NCBI GenBank assembly: GCA_013239625.1
Contig: MU053881.1
Span: forward strand, 7,277,957 to 7,341,956
Source: Lama guanicoe
Lineage: Eukaryota
Reading direction: 5' to 3'
DNA length: 64,000 nt
Shown: positions 50,735 through 63,789 of the stretch, one piece after another
Layout of the letters: each line of letters begins with the position of its first letter
Position numbering within the stretch: the stretch's first letter is position 1
Notes under the pieces: model-generated
Told to the model about the DNA's origin: nothing
Seen by the model: the letters and a program-made list of their open reading frames with translations, nothing else
Databases searched by the model: none
Translations under genes and position numbers: made by a program

Positions 50735-52569
50735 TATTAAGTATGTTGTGGCATGGGGATCTGATGCTACACTTAAGAAGTTCCTGAGACCAAAGCAGAG
50801 CATACTGAAACTTCAGTAGCTGACACAGACCTGGTCCAGACTTACTAGAACGAAATGGACTTGACGCTATTATCTGCCTCATTCAAACAAAGTGCGCTTT
50901 CGTCTGAAATACCAAACTTAGGGAATTGAGCTCCAGGAGGAGGGAATAAATTGAAATGATTGGGATATAAGCCTCAGATTCTCATGCTCCCTTTTGTAAG
51001 TGGATGGACTCAAAGAGGACTCAGGCAAGCTTTCTCCGAGCATTCTTTTACATTTCTTTTTGCAACTTAAAATAATGATGCCACTTACCGGCAATCCTCA
51101 AGCTGCCCATGAACAATCCTGTATCGCTGTCATCACAAACCTTACAAATACCAAAAAGAACAAAAACCAACAGCAATGTTTTGGATCAATATGAGCAGCC
51201 AGCATTCCATTTCTGAGAAAAGTGCACATTAAAAGCCTCTTGTTTGCATTTTAAGGCTAACACAGGGGCCCTTCATTTCAGAGAATTAAATGAGAAAATT
51301 CTCCTGGATTCAACTATTAGCAAAATGGAATGGTTGTGCAATTGTTTCCAATCATCATCTGATTCTCTCCTTCCCTCACCTTTCCCATAATGGCTCCAAA
51401 GGAGAGGAGGCTGGGGTCCCTCTCATTCACAGCCCCACACGTTTAAAATCTAGTGTTGCTTATTACAAAGGGAAAACAGACAAGTGAAATATCTTTCAAA
51501 TCAGCTGAAGAACTGGAAGCAAACTTCAAAGAGGAAGGAGAAAAAATTCACTGCCACCCTCTCGCCATGTACCTGCCCAAAGGAAAATGGGAATGTAAAG
51601 AATTTCTTCTTCTGGTCTGGTTTTCTTTTCTAAAAACACTCAGCTAAGGAGGTGGAGGAGAGAGACAGCCTTGCGGGGCAGGGGCTCTTGCCTACTTCAT
51701 GTCTCCATCCATGCAGCAGAGCCAACGCGAGCCCTCCCCTGGAAGGCCCAGAGCAAAAGAGTGATTGAAGAAATGAACCACATGCTCAGGCCCAATATTT
51801 GAATGAGAAGATCAAAGAGATCCTGTTTGGATTATGCAGCCCATGAAGACGAAACCAGGAAAGGGTGAGAAGGGAGAAAGGAAAGAGAATAAATGTCAGT
51901 GCACAAAGGAAGGACAATATATGGCCCTTTACCCGTGGGGCAGAGGTAGTCCAGGCGTAACAAAGAAAAGAACCAGTCAGTTGATGGGAACAGCATGAAA
52001 AATACATACAATGAAACACACTGCGTTTTCAATTATGTGCAGTCCCAGCCGATGAATCTTAGGTTGTACTCCTATGAAACTGGCATTAATATTTTATTTT
52101 AGGCATGACATGTTGATGTATTTATTTTTCGTTACACTTATTTCTTCCTGTGCTACTTTAGTACAAAAAGGAGATGACATGCCAACGTGAAAGGTAACAT
52201 AAGGGCTCCAATTACCCACAAAATGTAGCTGCTCATTTCTGTGATAAACTGTCAGGGCAATGGAGGAGACCACCCAAGGTCGAGAGTACGTGGAGCCCTG
52301 GGGTAGAAGAGAACCAATTCCTTGAAACACAGTTTTTTCTGGCACTTTAGGAGATTTTTCACATTTTGAATTTTAATGTGAATGTCCTACATTAAGTTTA
52401 GTCGTCATTAGCTGCTTTTAACATCAAATTGTGGAATTTTAGCTCTAAAAGAAGTGACAGAAGCTAATGGTTTCGACTCATTTGACTCGTTTGACTGTGT
52501 TGTGTGTGCACATAAAACATGGAAACAATAAAAGGAGGCGGGCTCGTGACCACATGCTTGTCCTTACGT

Positions 52570-53400
52570 GTCCTTCAGTTATTTGTCATGTGAACATGTA
52601 ACATTTATGGAGTGCAAATGTCAAGCATTGTATATAGCACAGGGGTACAGGACCAGGACATAAATGGTAAAGAGAGAGAGAAGTGACCAGATTCAAGGCA
52701 TCTATGGGAAAGATTCCAAGGCCTTGGTGATTGACTGAAAGTGAAAAATGAGGCCTAAGAAGATTTGAGGGCTAGCTTCAGATGACTGGCAGAAAAATAA
52801 TGGAAAGGGAGAAGGTTTTCATGAATAGAATGAATTCGATTTTGGAAATGTTGAGTCTGAGTACCTGTAAGGCATTCAAATGAAGATGTCAAAGGCGCAG
52901 AGGTCTGCAAATGATCTCATATAAATGGGCACGCATCAATTCAGCTATATGAATGATTCACTGGACGTGGCCACCGTCCGTAAGGAATGTATAATAAGCA
53001 ATTACAGTGCATTTAGCAGAGAGAAGCTTATTAAAGTGCATTTGGTGATAATCATGAAGATCATAATGAAATGGAAAGAAAGAGAAGGAAAAGGAGGGGA
53101 AAGAAAATACAGAAGACAAGGAAGAGGCGAAGGAAAAGCAGCTGGGGTCTGAATGGGGACTGACCGGGGAAGACATGGTTACAGGAAGCTGGGATAAGGG
53201 AGATTAGAGGCGCTTGGAAACATGAGGGTTTGCACTTGAAATTTTTAGCTCATCCCAAAGACAGAGTTTAAACAGAGCCCAAAGAGGGGTACGCAGTGTG
53301 AATGCCCAGGTGATCAACACTGTCACTTTACCAAGCAGTGCCAGTCAAGTAGGAACCAGAGAGCAGGGTGTGCAGGGAACAACAGTCAAGGACTATTTCT
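52570..53400 (-). mobile_element. L2 fragments
   Basis: gaattcgattttggaaatgttgagtctgagtacctgtaaggcattcaaatgaagatgtc. Confidence 0.7.
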
Positions 53401-53709
53401 AGAGCACTTACAGTGCACCTGACTGCTGACAATGGGACGGAACAGCTTCCCCTCAAGGACTCTCTTGCTCGAGCATCACACACAGCCTTCTAGCCCAAGA
53501 CAAGGCAAAGGGATGAACTGGACTGTGAAGAGGAGGAATGGAGAGAGCTGTCAGCCGTTAGCGAGGCTTGGTTCTTACTCTGCTGATGTGCCTAATACGC
53601 ACCAGGCCAGTGATAAGGAGGAACAGAGTGTGGATATTAAGGGCAGGAATCTCAGTTACTGTATGTGTGACCTTGGGCAAGTCACGATCTCTCTAAATGT
53701 TTGTATCTT

Positions 53710-53854
53710 CTTAAAAATTTTTGTCTTTTGTTTGCTTCTTTGTTTTGGGGGAGGTAATTAGATATTTATTTATTTTGATGGAGGCACTGGGGATTGAACC
53801 CAAGACCTTGTGCATGCTAGGGGCGCACTCTACCACTCCGCTATACCCTCCCCC
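53710..53854 (-). mobile_element. Camelid Vic-1-type tRNA-derived SINE inserted in a MIR (53605-54000)
   Basis: Minus strand GGGGGAGGGTATAGCGGAGTGGTAGAGTGCGCCCCTAGCATGCACAAGGTCTTGGGTTCAATCCCCAGTGCCTCC, with A and B boxes and an A-rich tail containing CTAATTACCTCCCCC. 16-bp TSD (2 mismatches) at 53694-53709 and 53855-53870. Confidence 0.9.
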
Positions 53855-54019
53855 TAAATCTTTGTGTCTTTATCAGTAAAGTGGAGATAATAAGAGCGCC
53901 TCCCTTCACAAGGTTGTGAGAATGAACTAAGAGTATGTAAAGCACTTAGACCAGCACACCTGGCCCGTAAGCACCATGGAAGTATAAGCTAATATTATTT
54001 AATTTTTAAAAATATTCAC

Positions 54020-54165
54020 AGGTAACCTTCTGGGTAATGGAATTATGCTATAATTTGACATGGGTGGTGGTTGTGTGGGTGTCTATGGATGTAAAAAAAA
54101 ATTCACTGAGCTGTACACTTCAGGTTTGTACATTTCACTATACGTAAACTGTACGAAAATTTAAA
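54020..54165 (+). mobile_element. L1M 3' terminal fragment
   Basis: tgggtggtggttgtgtgggtgt...aaaattcactgagctgtacactt...catttcactatacgtaaa. Confidence 0.75.
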
Positions 54166-55959
54166 ATATACATTGCTACCAGGTAGGCATTAGTATTTTC
54201 CCTGTTTGACAGGCGTACACAGTGAGGCTTGAGGAAATTAATCAAATTGCCTGAAATACTGTGCCCGGTCTCACACTCGGGCATTCAAACTAAAGAGCCT
54301 GTGCCCTTAAGGACTGGGTATGAGTTCATGTGTTAGCTGAGCCCTGATCCTCTGTAGGGATCCAGAGATGCTGTCCCCAGCTCTACCTCAAGAATCTCTT
54401 GCATGAAGAGAGAGCAGTTCTTCCCTCCTCTTCCCATCCTGTCCCCCACCTTCCACCCTCTTCTCATCTCAGCTCAGTTCCATTGTCTCATTAACTATTA
54501 AAACCCAAATCCCTGCCAAGTAACAACCTGGCTGGTGATGAAGTGCACACAGCCCAGCAGGGGAACACCCAGAGGAAGACTGGCAGTGATTAAGAACTGA
54601 AGGGAACACACCCCGAGCTCTCCAGATTCCTCGGGGGCCTACGATGCCCCGCTACGAACCGAAGTGCACGCACTCTGAGTATGCGTACAGCTCTTGCCAA
54701 GACAAAGAGCATCAGGCAGGGAAGAGTGAGTGATCATAATTTATGAGGTGCCGTAGAAATTAATTTTGTATGCCTCCTCCATTAGCAGTGTGTCTGAATT
54801 AACTTTAATATGCAAGTTATCATGTTAATCTTGGATACTAAAAAAGAATGTATCACCATTAACCTTCCTAGCCCTGCATTTAGCAATGCAGCCTTTTTAT
54901 TACCCCTAACAGAAGCAGTATCATTTCTTGGCATCTCAGTACTCCACCTATCTGCATGCAGTCCCACCAGTCACTTTGCAAAATCTCTGCTGATTCAGAA
55001 GCCCATTTCTCAAACATCTGACTCTTAACTGCCCGTAAGTCACCAGAAGTTGACTCCACCTTCCTTTTTTTTTTCCCCCAGATTCCTCTAAACGAGAATA
55101 AATTTTCTACTGATGGAACGTTCCACAAAAAGCACATAAGGGCCAGTAGGAGGAGGCCCACTGTAGAAGGAGACATGAATAAGTTCTGTGTGATATTTTT
55201 GAAAAGCTAGCTCATGTCAGGCTAGCAGTAACTGGCCTTCAGAACCCCCGCATCTCTGGGGCTCTAAATTATAGAAACAGGAACTTTTGCTTCAGGGAAC
55301 AGGAAAAAAAATTAGGCAATACTGGAAGATTGGCTGTTAAAGATAATGGGGAAATCACCCACATAGTGTAACCTAGCCCATCTTTCTTTCCATCTGTTCA
55401 CTTCATAGAGGTAAATTATAGGATAAAAGAAACCTGCATTGATGAATAACTTTAATATTCCTATTGTGTTCATCCCATATATTCTAACCTTCTTTAAGAT
55501 GCGATAATAGTGAGGACATGTTTGATAAATTGCATTTTGCCACCCTTTTCTTTCATTCATATCCTCTCATTGAACAGGCAAGATAATCAGAAATTAAAGA
55601 ACTTTTTAGAAGGGGAAAACAAGACAGGAATGAGGTCTAAAATACGCTCTTAAAATAGAGCATCAATCCCTGAAAAATAAAGCCAGTTTCTGTTCTCAAT
55701 AAATGCAACAGTATATAGTTTATAATTTAAAATGTACACAAAAATACATACATACCGAAACTAAATTGGCTACCAACCCAACTTTTTGGCTTGTAGGAAA
55801 TTTACCAATAATGAGATCACCAACATATGTGAGTTTATCTCTGCTACATGGGTAGTTTCTATGTTCTCCTTTTCAAATAATTGTTTTTCTGACTGTTATA
55901 TAAAAAAGGCATGACATGAATAAGAAGGAAATTGGGATTCAGCCACATCTATCCTCAAA

Positions 55960-56455
55960 AAGGCTTAGGGCCTTCTAAAGGGCAGAATCAAATATTTTCC
56001 AAGCTTTAGTTAACCATTATTTTTGACAATGTGAAACCTACCATGTACTCCTCATAACTTACAGCCTCCACTATTGTTTATTTAATATTTTTTCATAAAG
56101 TAGATTCCTTCTAGTCTGCTTACGTTTATTTTGAAAGAAAAATTTTGCTTCTTCAAATGGAAAACCAGTATCACTGGCCATAGATGGAAAGTGTGACAAT
56201 CAATATTACGAAAACAAATCACTTTTATTAGATCCTAAGAGATGCTTAAACCTGAGGTCTGCTCCCTCTTTGCTATCAGAGGAGATTAGAAGAGAAAGAT
56301 TAAAGGCAAACGGCAGAGGTATATCAGCCTTGACATAATCAAAGACTGAAAAGGAGCTGAGAAAGAATGAACGGTTTTCTGCTTCTGTGATACAGCACTT
56401 TAGCTAGGCATACCCAAAATTATCCTTCATGACATGGTGCTCGAGAAACACAGTA
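55960..56455. mobile_element. MER113-like hAT-Charlie element
   Basis: aaatggaaaaccagtatcactggccataga...cctgaggtctgctccctctttg...gagaaacac. Confidence 0.7.
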
Positions 56456-56469
56456 AAAAAAAAACCACC

Positions 56470-56630
56470 GAAATCGGGATCCCTGGCTTCCCATCTCTGT
56501 GACTAACCTGTGGTATGACCTTGGGCAGGTCATGTCCATTCTTTGGACCAGTTTCCTCAGCTGTAAAATCAGGAGGCTGGATTAGGCAATCTCTCCAAGG
56601 AGTCGCTCACCTCCAGGCATCTGTGTTTTG
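56470..56630 (+). mobile_element. MIR/MIR3 SINE
   Basis: tgaccttgggcaggtca...cagtttcctcagctgtaaaat...ggctggattag. Confidence 0.8.
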
Positions 56631-57394
56631 TGAAACCTTTAAACACGTTCTAGAGTATCTCCCCATCACCTAAAATACGTGGTTGCTAATTGCATTTACC
56701 CTATTATCTGAAAGTCTTACCAGGAAGGAACAGCAAAGATTTGAAAAGATCAGCTACTTTTGGGGCAAAAGAGCCTTTTGAAGCTGTTGTGCGGGAGAAA
56801 AAAAAAATCGATAAAATCGACTGCAATTCAAGCACGACAGAAGCTGACTCTCTGGGATATATACCTGCGCACATCCCTCAGCTTGGAAGTCAGTGGGCAA
56901 AGCACTGCCTTTAAATTGGCCGTACAAACCATCACCTAATCATTTGCTTAAGTCAAGTAGCAGTGTATGTCAAGGGAGTAAAAAAGGTGCTGATTCAAAA
57001 TACCGGCTGTATTGAAGGTAGACTGGGGGGTGGGGGGAGAAACAGATCAGTAGTTAAAATCAAGCTAAAGTAACTGTAAGCTTGCTTATTAGCAAGATGT
57101 GGCAGAGTTAAGCAAGTTTCTCCATCTTTAAAAGAATGACAATAACCTACTTTACAAGGTTTCATACAAAATTATACAAAGTAACTACTATCATAATTAC
57201 GGTTGTAGGTATGTTAATCTTCATTCTCATAGTTTTTTTTTTCCCTGTCTTGAAATTCTGTAAAAATCAATTTAAGCAAGATTTTATTTTCAGTGCTCTA
57301 CTTGGGCTCCAGTTCTGAACTGACAATAACAAAAATGAATATAATAATTATAAATGAATAATTTATAAAAATAATAATTGTCCTTTTATTAAGT

Positions 57395-57560
57395 TTAAGC
57401 TACCATTTATGGAAACTGTCTACCATCCAGGAACTGTGCTAAGTATTATGTCATTTAATATTCACATTAATCCCGTTATTGTCCCCATTTTACAGATAAA
57501 GAAACTGAGAACCAAAGAAGTGATGTGACTTTTCCAAAGTCACTGATGGATACAGCTCAG
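57395..57560 (-). mobile_element. MIR SINE
   Basis: gtccccattttacagataaagaaactgaga. Confidence 0.8.
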
Positions 57561-59419
57561 AGATTATGAAACCTCACAGTATCTCTCTAGATCTCAGTAA
57601 GTCTTTGATGAGGGGATCATTCAAGAAGCCTTCTTTATACTTTGGGGGCCAAAATCAAATCATGGAAAAAAAAAGTCAGAGATTACCAAAATCTAGTTTA
57701 ATAAACTGAGAAAGGCTAAAGAGTCACAGTTCCAAAGTGCTCTCGTGTTTCTTGCGCTTTTTAAAAAGTAATTTTTTAGATATTATAAACAACAAGAAGA
57801 AAGACTTAAACATCACCTAGCTCTCGCCTCTGAACTCCCATGGCTCTTGGCTTACATCTCTGCTGTAGAATATTCATCCTGCATTTTAATAAGGAGTGCC
57901 TCATTTTGCAAATGCAGGCAAGCTCCTTGAGAACGTCACCAGATTTTTGCCAACTTTGTGTTTTCTAAATGGCTACTCAGTGTTTTGTTTATAGCAGAGG
58001 ATCAGTAGACATTTATTGAATTAGAAAACCTGTTCTAAACATTGCCTCTCTTTGTTAAAAAGGTGGCCCCATCTATCCCGTATGGGATTTGGATGTCAGA
58101 GAAGCAGTTAAAGAAAGATACAGGTTTTGAGGTGACAGCAAAAACTTGGACCAAAGATTAAGGCTGGGGGTGGGTTTAAGCACCGAGATGACACTGAGCC
58201 ACAGGAGTGGGTGAACTCCTTGAGGCAAGAGCAGGCAGAGCAAAGCTGGAATACAGCTGAGCCCTGGAGCCCGGAGTCATGGTCAAATGACCTGAATCTG
58301 CTCCAGGGCAATCCTCCTCCTCTCTCTGGGCCCCTCATTCCTGACCCTCAGGCGTGGAAAGAAAGGGCGTGAGAGCTGCAGACACACAGCAGAGCATTCT
58401 GAGGTTGTCCCCCTTCCCCAGGGCCAGCCCGGAGACAGACACAGTGGAGGGGTCCCCAGGGTTGGCAAGAGACAGAGATGGGAGCAGCTGATCAGATTTA
58501 GGCTTGGGGAGTAAAAGAAGCCTGGTCGCAAGGAAGGCGCCTGGACGCCAGAGTTGCTCCCTCTCCGTGGAATAAGAGCAAGAAAGCCATCACTCAGGCT
58601 CCCCTCCACAAATCCCAGGGTCTGTCTCTTGACGAATGAGTCCCAGATCTCCTGATGAACTGGGAAGAGGGAACAATACATCTTACGCTCATAGAGTTAC
58701 TGTCTCCTTTTCCTGCTGAACCACAGTACAGGCCATTTTTCTGTTGGAGACTGGTCCCACCGCCTATCAAGATCTGCACCTCGCGGTAGGCCTCTGAAAC
58801 ACCACAAATTTTCCTGAGAGGTAACTGGGACCTGCTTGATTTCTCGACACAGGCCTCAGACAGACAGCAGAGAGCTGCAGTGAACCTCTTGCTGCCCGGG
58901 CTCTAATTGATTTTTTAAACCCGCGGCTGCAACCAGAGGGGAGCCCAGAATCCCCATAAACCAAACCAAAGCAAGCAAAGCAACTTGTGGCACACGCAGG
59001 TTCTGGCAAATCTGGAACACGGCCAGGGGCAAGCCTGATGAAAAGCCATTGTTTTATATCCACAGAAATATTTGCATGCAGAGAAAACTCCAACAGAGCA
59101 ACTCCATTGTCCCAACGGCTGCCCTCTCTCTCCAAGGGCTCAGAAACCCAGGTCCCCCAACCCCACTGCCTGAAATACAGAGCCAGTTCGGACAAACCCC
59201 TCCGTGATACGCCATGGACTTACCGTGGCCCGTGTGGACAATACACGGCCCAGGATGCGTCTGAACACAGGCGTCCTTCCTGTCTTTCATGTCAAGCTGA
59301 CACTAGTGCCCTCCAAACCCCAGGATGACTACATGCTTTTCAAGCAGTGTTAATTGTACTCGAAGTTCTGCCTCTTTTTCTATGCTGTTCTAGCAACACA
59401 GACTGGCCGACTCTCAGAG

Positions 59420-59585
59420 ACAGGATCTTAGAGATCGAGCTCTCTAACGATACACATCAGAAATCATGAGCCCAGAGAGGTTAAGTGGTTTGTCCAAGGT
59501 CACACAGCTTATTAGTAGCTTTCCTGGACTGGAGTTTAGATCTTCCAACTCCTCGTACAGTGTTTCCTCCAACAGACTATGTTAC
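59420..59585 (-). mobile_element. MIR SINE
   Basis: gcccagagaggttaagtggtttgtccaaggtcacacagct. Confidence 0.85.
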
Positions 59586-61067
59586 CTTCCTTCACCCCTT
59601 AAACACTTATTGAGCACCTACTCAGTGCCAGTTATTTAGAAGACAGAGAAAACACTCTTTACTTAAACTCAACAAGGCTGTGCTGTACAACTAGAAGGAA
59701 AATCTCAGAGAAGCATCAGAAAGAGGAGGGCTTCCCAGATCCAGAATATGTGGCTTCTCACTGCATTTGCCTGACTTAGGACAAGCCACATGTGAACGGG
59801 GAAGAAGCTCCACGTGGCCAGAAGCTGCCCAGAGGTCCTACACTGGGCGCCAAATTACTTGATCTCATTATCGTGGGAGGAGGAGTATATAGCTTTCCCA
59901 TCTGTGTAAAGATTCACTAGGGGAAGAAGGCATGTGAGAATGACCCAACACACATTTAAAAGCAAAAAAGCAAAAACACACTTTTATTATTTTTGGGGTG
60001 GGGGTTAGCGGTGCTTAAAATGTAGAAGTCTAATCAGAGCTCACGCTGTCCTTCTTGGGTAAGAGCACCAGCCGCAACCAGGGGAGTAGCAACTGTCAGG
60101 ACAACATGAGCTCAAGCTGGGGGTGGAGGGGGAGCCAAAATGCCTCTTAGCACAATAATGGCAGGGTCAGCTGATCCAGAAATATCGAGGCCAAAGTCCC
60201 ATTAGTAGGGGAATATGCCTCCCCTAAATGAGATTACAGTGTGCCGTGTCTGAGAAAAAAATAAGGCTCACCGTGGCAAGGTGCGCCTACATCTTAGCTG
60301 ACCCAGGAAGAAAACTGGTTAGCTCTCTCTGGGAGGGAAGATGGCACAGGTGACTTCCTACAGCTCACGATCTCTCTGTGGGGCCTACAGTCCATCACCA
60401 CCCCTACCTCACATCCTGCAACCCCAGGGGATAGGCAGAGAGGAGCCTTGCTAATCAGGTAGTACGTGAAACAGGCTTAAATAGAAGGCAGGCAGCAAGG
60501 TGGAGTTTCCCCAGGATGGGGGTGAAGGCAGCAGATTCAAAGAAGGGGCTGCGTGGGGAAGACGTCGGGCTGGGGTGGGAGACCCAGCGATGACAGAGGC
60601 AGAGACAGAGAGTCAGACACACAGACGGGGAGATGGTTAGCCCTGCACAGCTGGGAGCTGGTGGGCAGAGGAGTGGGCATGGGACAGCCTGAACCCCTCA
60701 CTTAATCATCTTGTGGTCCCTCCACAGGTGGCCCTGGGAAATCACCCCCTCACCCAGCTCACAGGGGTTTGCTGCGGGACAGAGATACCTGAGAGCCAGC
60801 CGCAACAGCAAAGAAGTCCCCCCACCACTGGCCTCATCACAGGCGTGGGCAGTGAAAGTGAATGAATTCCCTTGCCACCTCCCTAAGGCACTGACATGCA
60901 TCCTTGAGCCAGAAAGGAAAAGGACCCCTCCGCACACACTGGAGTCACACTTCCCGTGATACAACCGGTGTGTGGGCAACTAACTGGCCTTGGAGGAACC
61001 ACTGAGCCTTTCAGGGCCTTTTCCCCATTCTCTGCAAAACAGACGGTGGGAGGGGCAGATCTACTTT

Positions 61068-61231
61068 GTGTGTGTGTGTGTTCACTGCATTCCTACATGT
61101 TAAAAATAGGCTCTATCTTTTAGAGCAGTTTTAAGTCCACAGCAAAACTGAACAGGAAGTCCAACGCTCCCATGTGTCCCCTGCCCCGCACACACACAGC
61201 CTCTCCCACGATCAGCATCCCTCATCAGAGC
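61068..61231 (-). mobile_element. L1MC1-like 3' terminal fragment with a (GT)n tail, splitting a MIR
   Basis: ttttagagcagttttaagtccacagcaaaactga...cacagcctctcccacgatcagcatccc; TSD-like cagatctacttt (61056-61067) and cagatcaatttt (61232-61243). Confidence 0.8.
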
Positions 61232-61869
61232 CAGATCAATTTTCCGGAGATTTCTTTAGACCTAGAATTTTTTTGTTTACATCAAATTGCCTTGGATAGA
61301 GAGAGGGTCGGGGGAAGAGGGACAGGGAGAGGGAGATGGGGTTGGGGAGGGAAAAGAGGAGAGGAAGGGACTTGAAGAGAGAAGGAAGGAGAGGGAGACG
61401 GCTGCCACTCTGGTAGAAGCAGTGGGGAGGCAGCCAGTTTCCAAGTCATCCATGCAAGGGTGCACCCCCTTCAGCGGTTCTCCGAATTGCTGCATTTGAC
61501 CTTCTCTGGGCAGCTGGTTGCTAACATCCCTTCCAGCTGAGACATTTGATCTTCCCAGTGTGCTAAGTTCTTTAATGCACACATGCATATGCAATCCTTC
61601 AGGTAACTCACAAAATAACCCACCAGCCAACTAAGAGCAAGTGTTGATCAATCTCATTCATGTTACACAGAGCTAAGGTGTCAAGAGCTGCTCCCAAAGT
61701 CTGACAGGAGTCTCCTTCTGGACTTCTGTGCCTACAATTTTGGGAGGATTGAGTGAAAGAGAGAAGGATGCAGTGTGATCACAGCCCTGAGCATCCCAGC
61801 TGTCCAAGAGCCTAGAGTGCAGCTGACAAGTAAGTGTGAGCACAAGTGTATTACGGGTCACCACATTGA

Positions 61870-62490
61870 GTGCTGGGACACGCAGACAGTTAAGTACAGT
61901 ATGGACGTTAGGAGCCTGAGGCTGAATCCCAGCTTCCTGTCTAAGTCTCAACACCTACAGAAAAGGAGATCATGATGGTACCTATAAGACAGGGTTGACA
62001 TGAGGCCATGTGAAGCCAATGACATACAGTTCTCAGCGTGTGTAGGTCCACCCACCTCTGAGTGGAAGGGACGTGATGTAACCCCTAATCCAAGCTTCTC
62101 ACTTGAGAGACAAGGAAAATAAAACTTAGAGATTAATTCACTATTACGTTGGAATAACTAGAAAACCGCAAAGCTGAGAATTCGGGTCCCCTGAGCTCTG
62201 GTTCCGCACTCTGTTCCACTCTCAGGTGATTACAGGTAACAGTAACACTGTTCAGAGTTGCTGACAATGACGATGACACCCCATTTACGGGTTCTGACTC
62301 AGTGTCAGGCCCCACCCAGCCTCTCACAGGCATCACCCCATGTAATGCTCACGGTAACCCAAAGAGGTAAGCATCCTGGACGGTTCCCACGTGACAGATG
62401 AGGAACCAGATGCTCCTTGACCTGGTCAAGTGTCTTGGTTTAGGCAGCAAAATCAGGACTTGATCCAAGCTCTTGTTTTGAGTATCTGTC
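61870..62490. mobile_element. Cluster of three MIR fragments (one plus, two minus)
   Basis: gttaagtacagtatggacgttaggagcc...gaatcccagct; acaaggaaaataaaacttagaga; cagatgaggaacc. Confidence 0.65.
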
Positions 62491-62887
62491 CTGTGCCTCC
62501 TTCCGAAATGAGATGTCTCTCCTCAAATAATTTTACCCTCTTTAGGTAAAGCCATAATGAGAGGCTCATTTGACTTCAGATAATTAGCTTCCCTCTTTGC
62601 TCTGGTGTCTGGTTCCTCTTGGGCAGCCGCTCCAGCCTGGAGGGTGTCACACTCAGCGAATCCACTTTGGCTGCGCGGGACTAATGAGGGCTCTCCGCGT
62701 GGTTGCGCTTAACTGCCCGGTATTGCAGAGAACGCTCGCACGCAAACACGCCCCCTACCGTCGAGGATGACAGTGGAGCTGTGCAAACATGTCCGTCCCA
62801 AACTGGAACATGCCACTCCAATGCTTTAAGAGAAGATAGTATGGTCTGTTTTATGCTGAGCCTATTGCATAAGGAGGAGAAAAATTC

Positions 62888-62890
<3 letters not shown>

Positions 62891-62934
<44 letters not shown>
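62891..62934. repeat. Compound (TG)14(AG)8 microsatellite
   Basis: Direct read. Confidence 0.98.
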
Positions 62935-63789
62935 CAAAGGGGAAGAAAAAGGGAGAGTCAAAAATCCTCGACAAGCACTGGAAAAGCTGGTGAGATTCAT
63001 GCCCAACAGTGAAGAAATAATGATCACAGAGGACAACGATTTGTCTATTAAGATTGTGCATTGCAGTAAGTTTTCTTAGCATAAAGTTAAATGAACCCAA
63101 ATGTCCCTAAACAGGAAAATAGTGAAATCAGTTATAGCCCATCTATACAACAGAGTTCCATGAAGCCCTTAAAATTGCCACAGAAAAATGTTCCTAATAA
63201 TTCTCAGCGAAAGAAGCAGATTACAAACCTGGTAAAACATTATCCCAATTACATATATGATGCAAAAGAGAGGAAGAATAACCATGGTTACCTCTAAATC
63301 ATGAGATCATAGGCACTGTTGTTTACATATTCTACAAAACACAATATTCTGATAATACTAATTTCTATAAACAGTAAACATGTTTTCCAGCACTGGTCCA
63401 GCATTCCCAGGAGTATGCCTGATGGAGCGTATGGTATGGTCTGAGGCCCTCATTAGCAAGGGAGTGTGCCAGGCAAGGTTGACCCCCAAGTTCTCATGAA
63501 GCTTGAATGGCGGTGGTCTGGAGTGACAGAGTACTCTGGCTCTGACATTACAAGGTCTCCCCAAAGACTGCTCTCTGGACAGGGGCCTGTATCATACTCA
63601 TGCTCCTTCAAAGTTCAGCTGACATCCTATGTCTTCCACAAACCTGTCCCCAGCAATCCTAAAGCTCTATTCTCACTGCATTCTGATAAGTCATTCTTAC
63701 GGGATTATTTGTAAATAACCCTATAAATTTATAATAAATTTATTAAAACCCTATACATTATTTAAAACCCTATAAATTATAAATTTACA

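Noticed and set aside
53780..53854. tRNA-like sequence with A and B boxes
   Set aside because: It is the head of the SINE (tail and TSD present) with a degenerate cloverleaf, not a tRNA gene.
59218..59262. Minus-strand ACG|GTAAGT donor in a CpG-rich patch
   Set aside because: The nearest upstream AG has a purine-rich context with no pyrimidine tract, so no credible exon.
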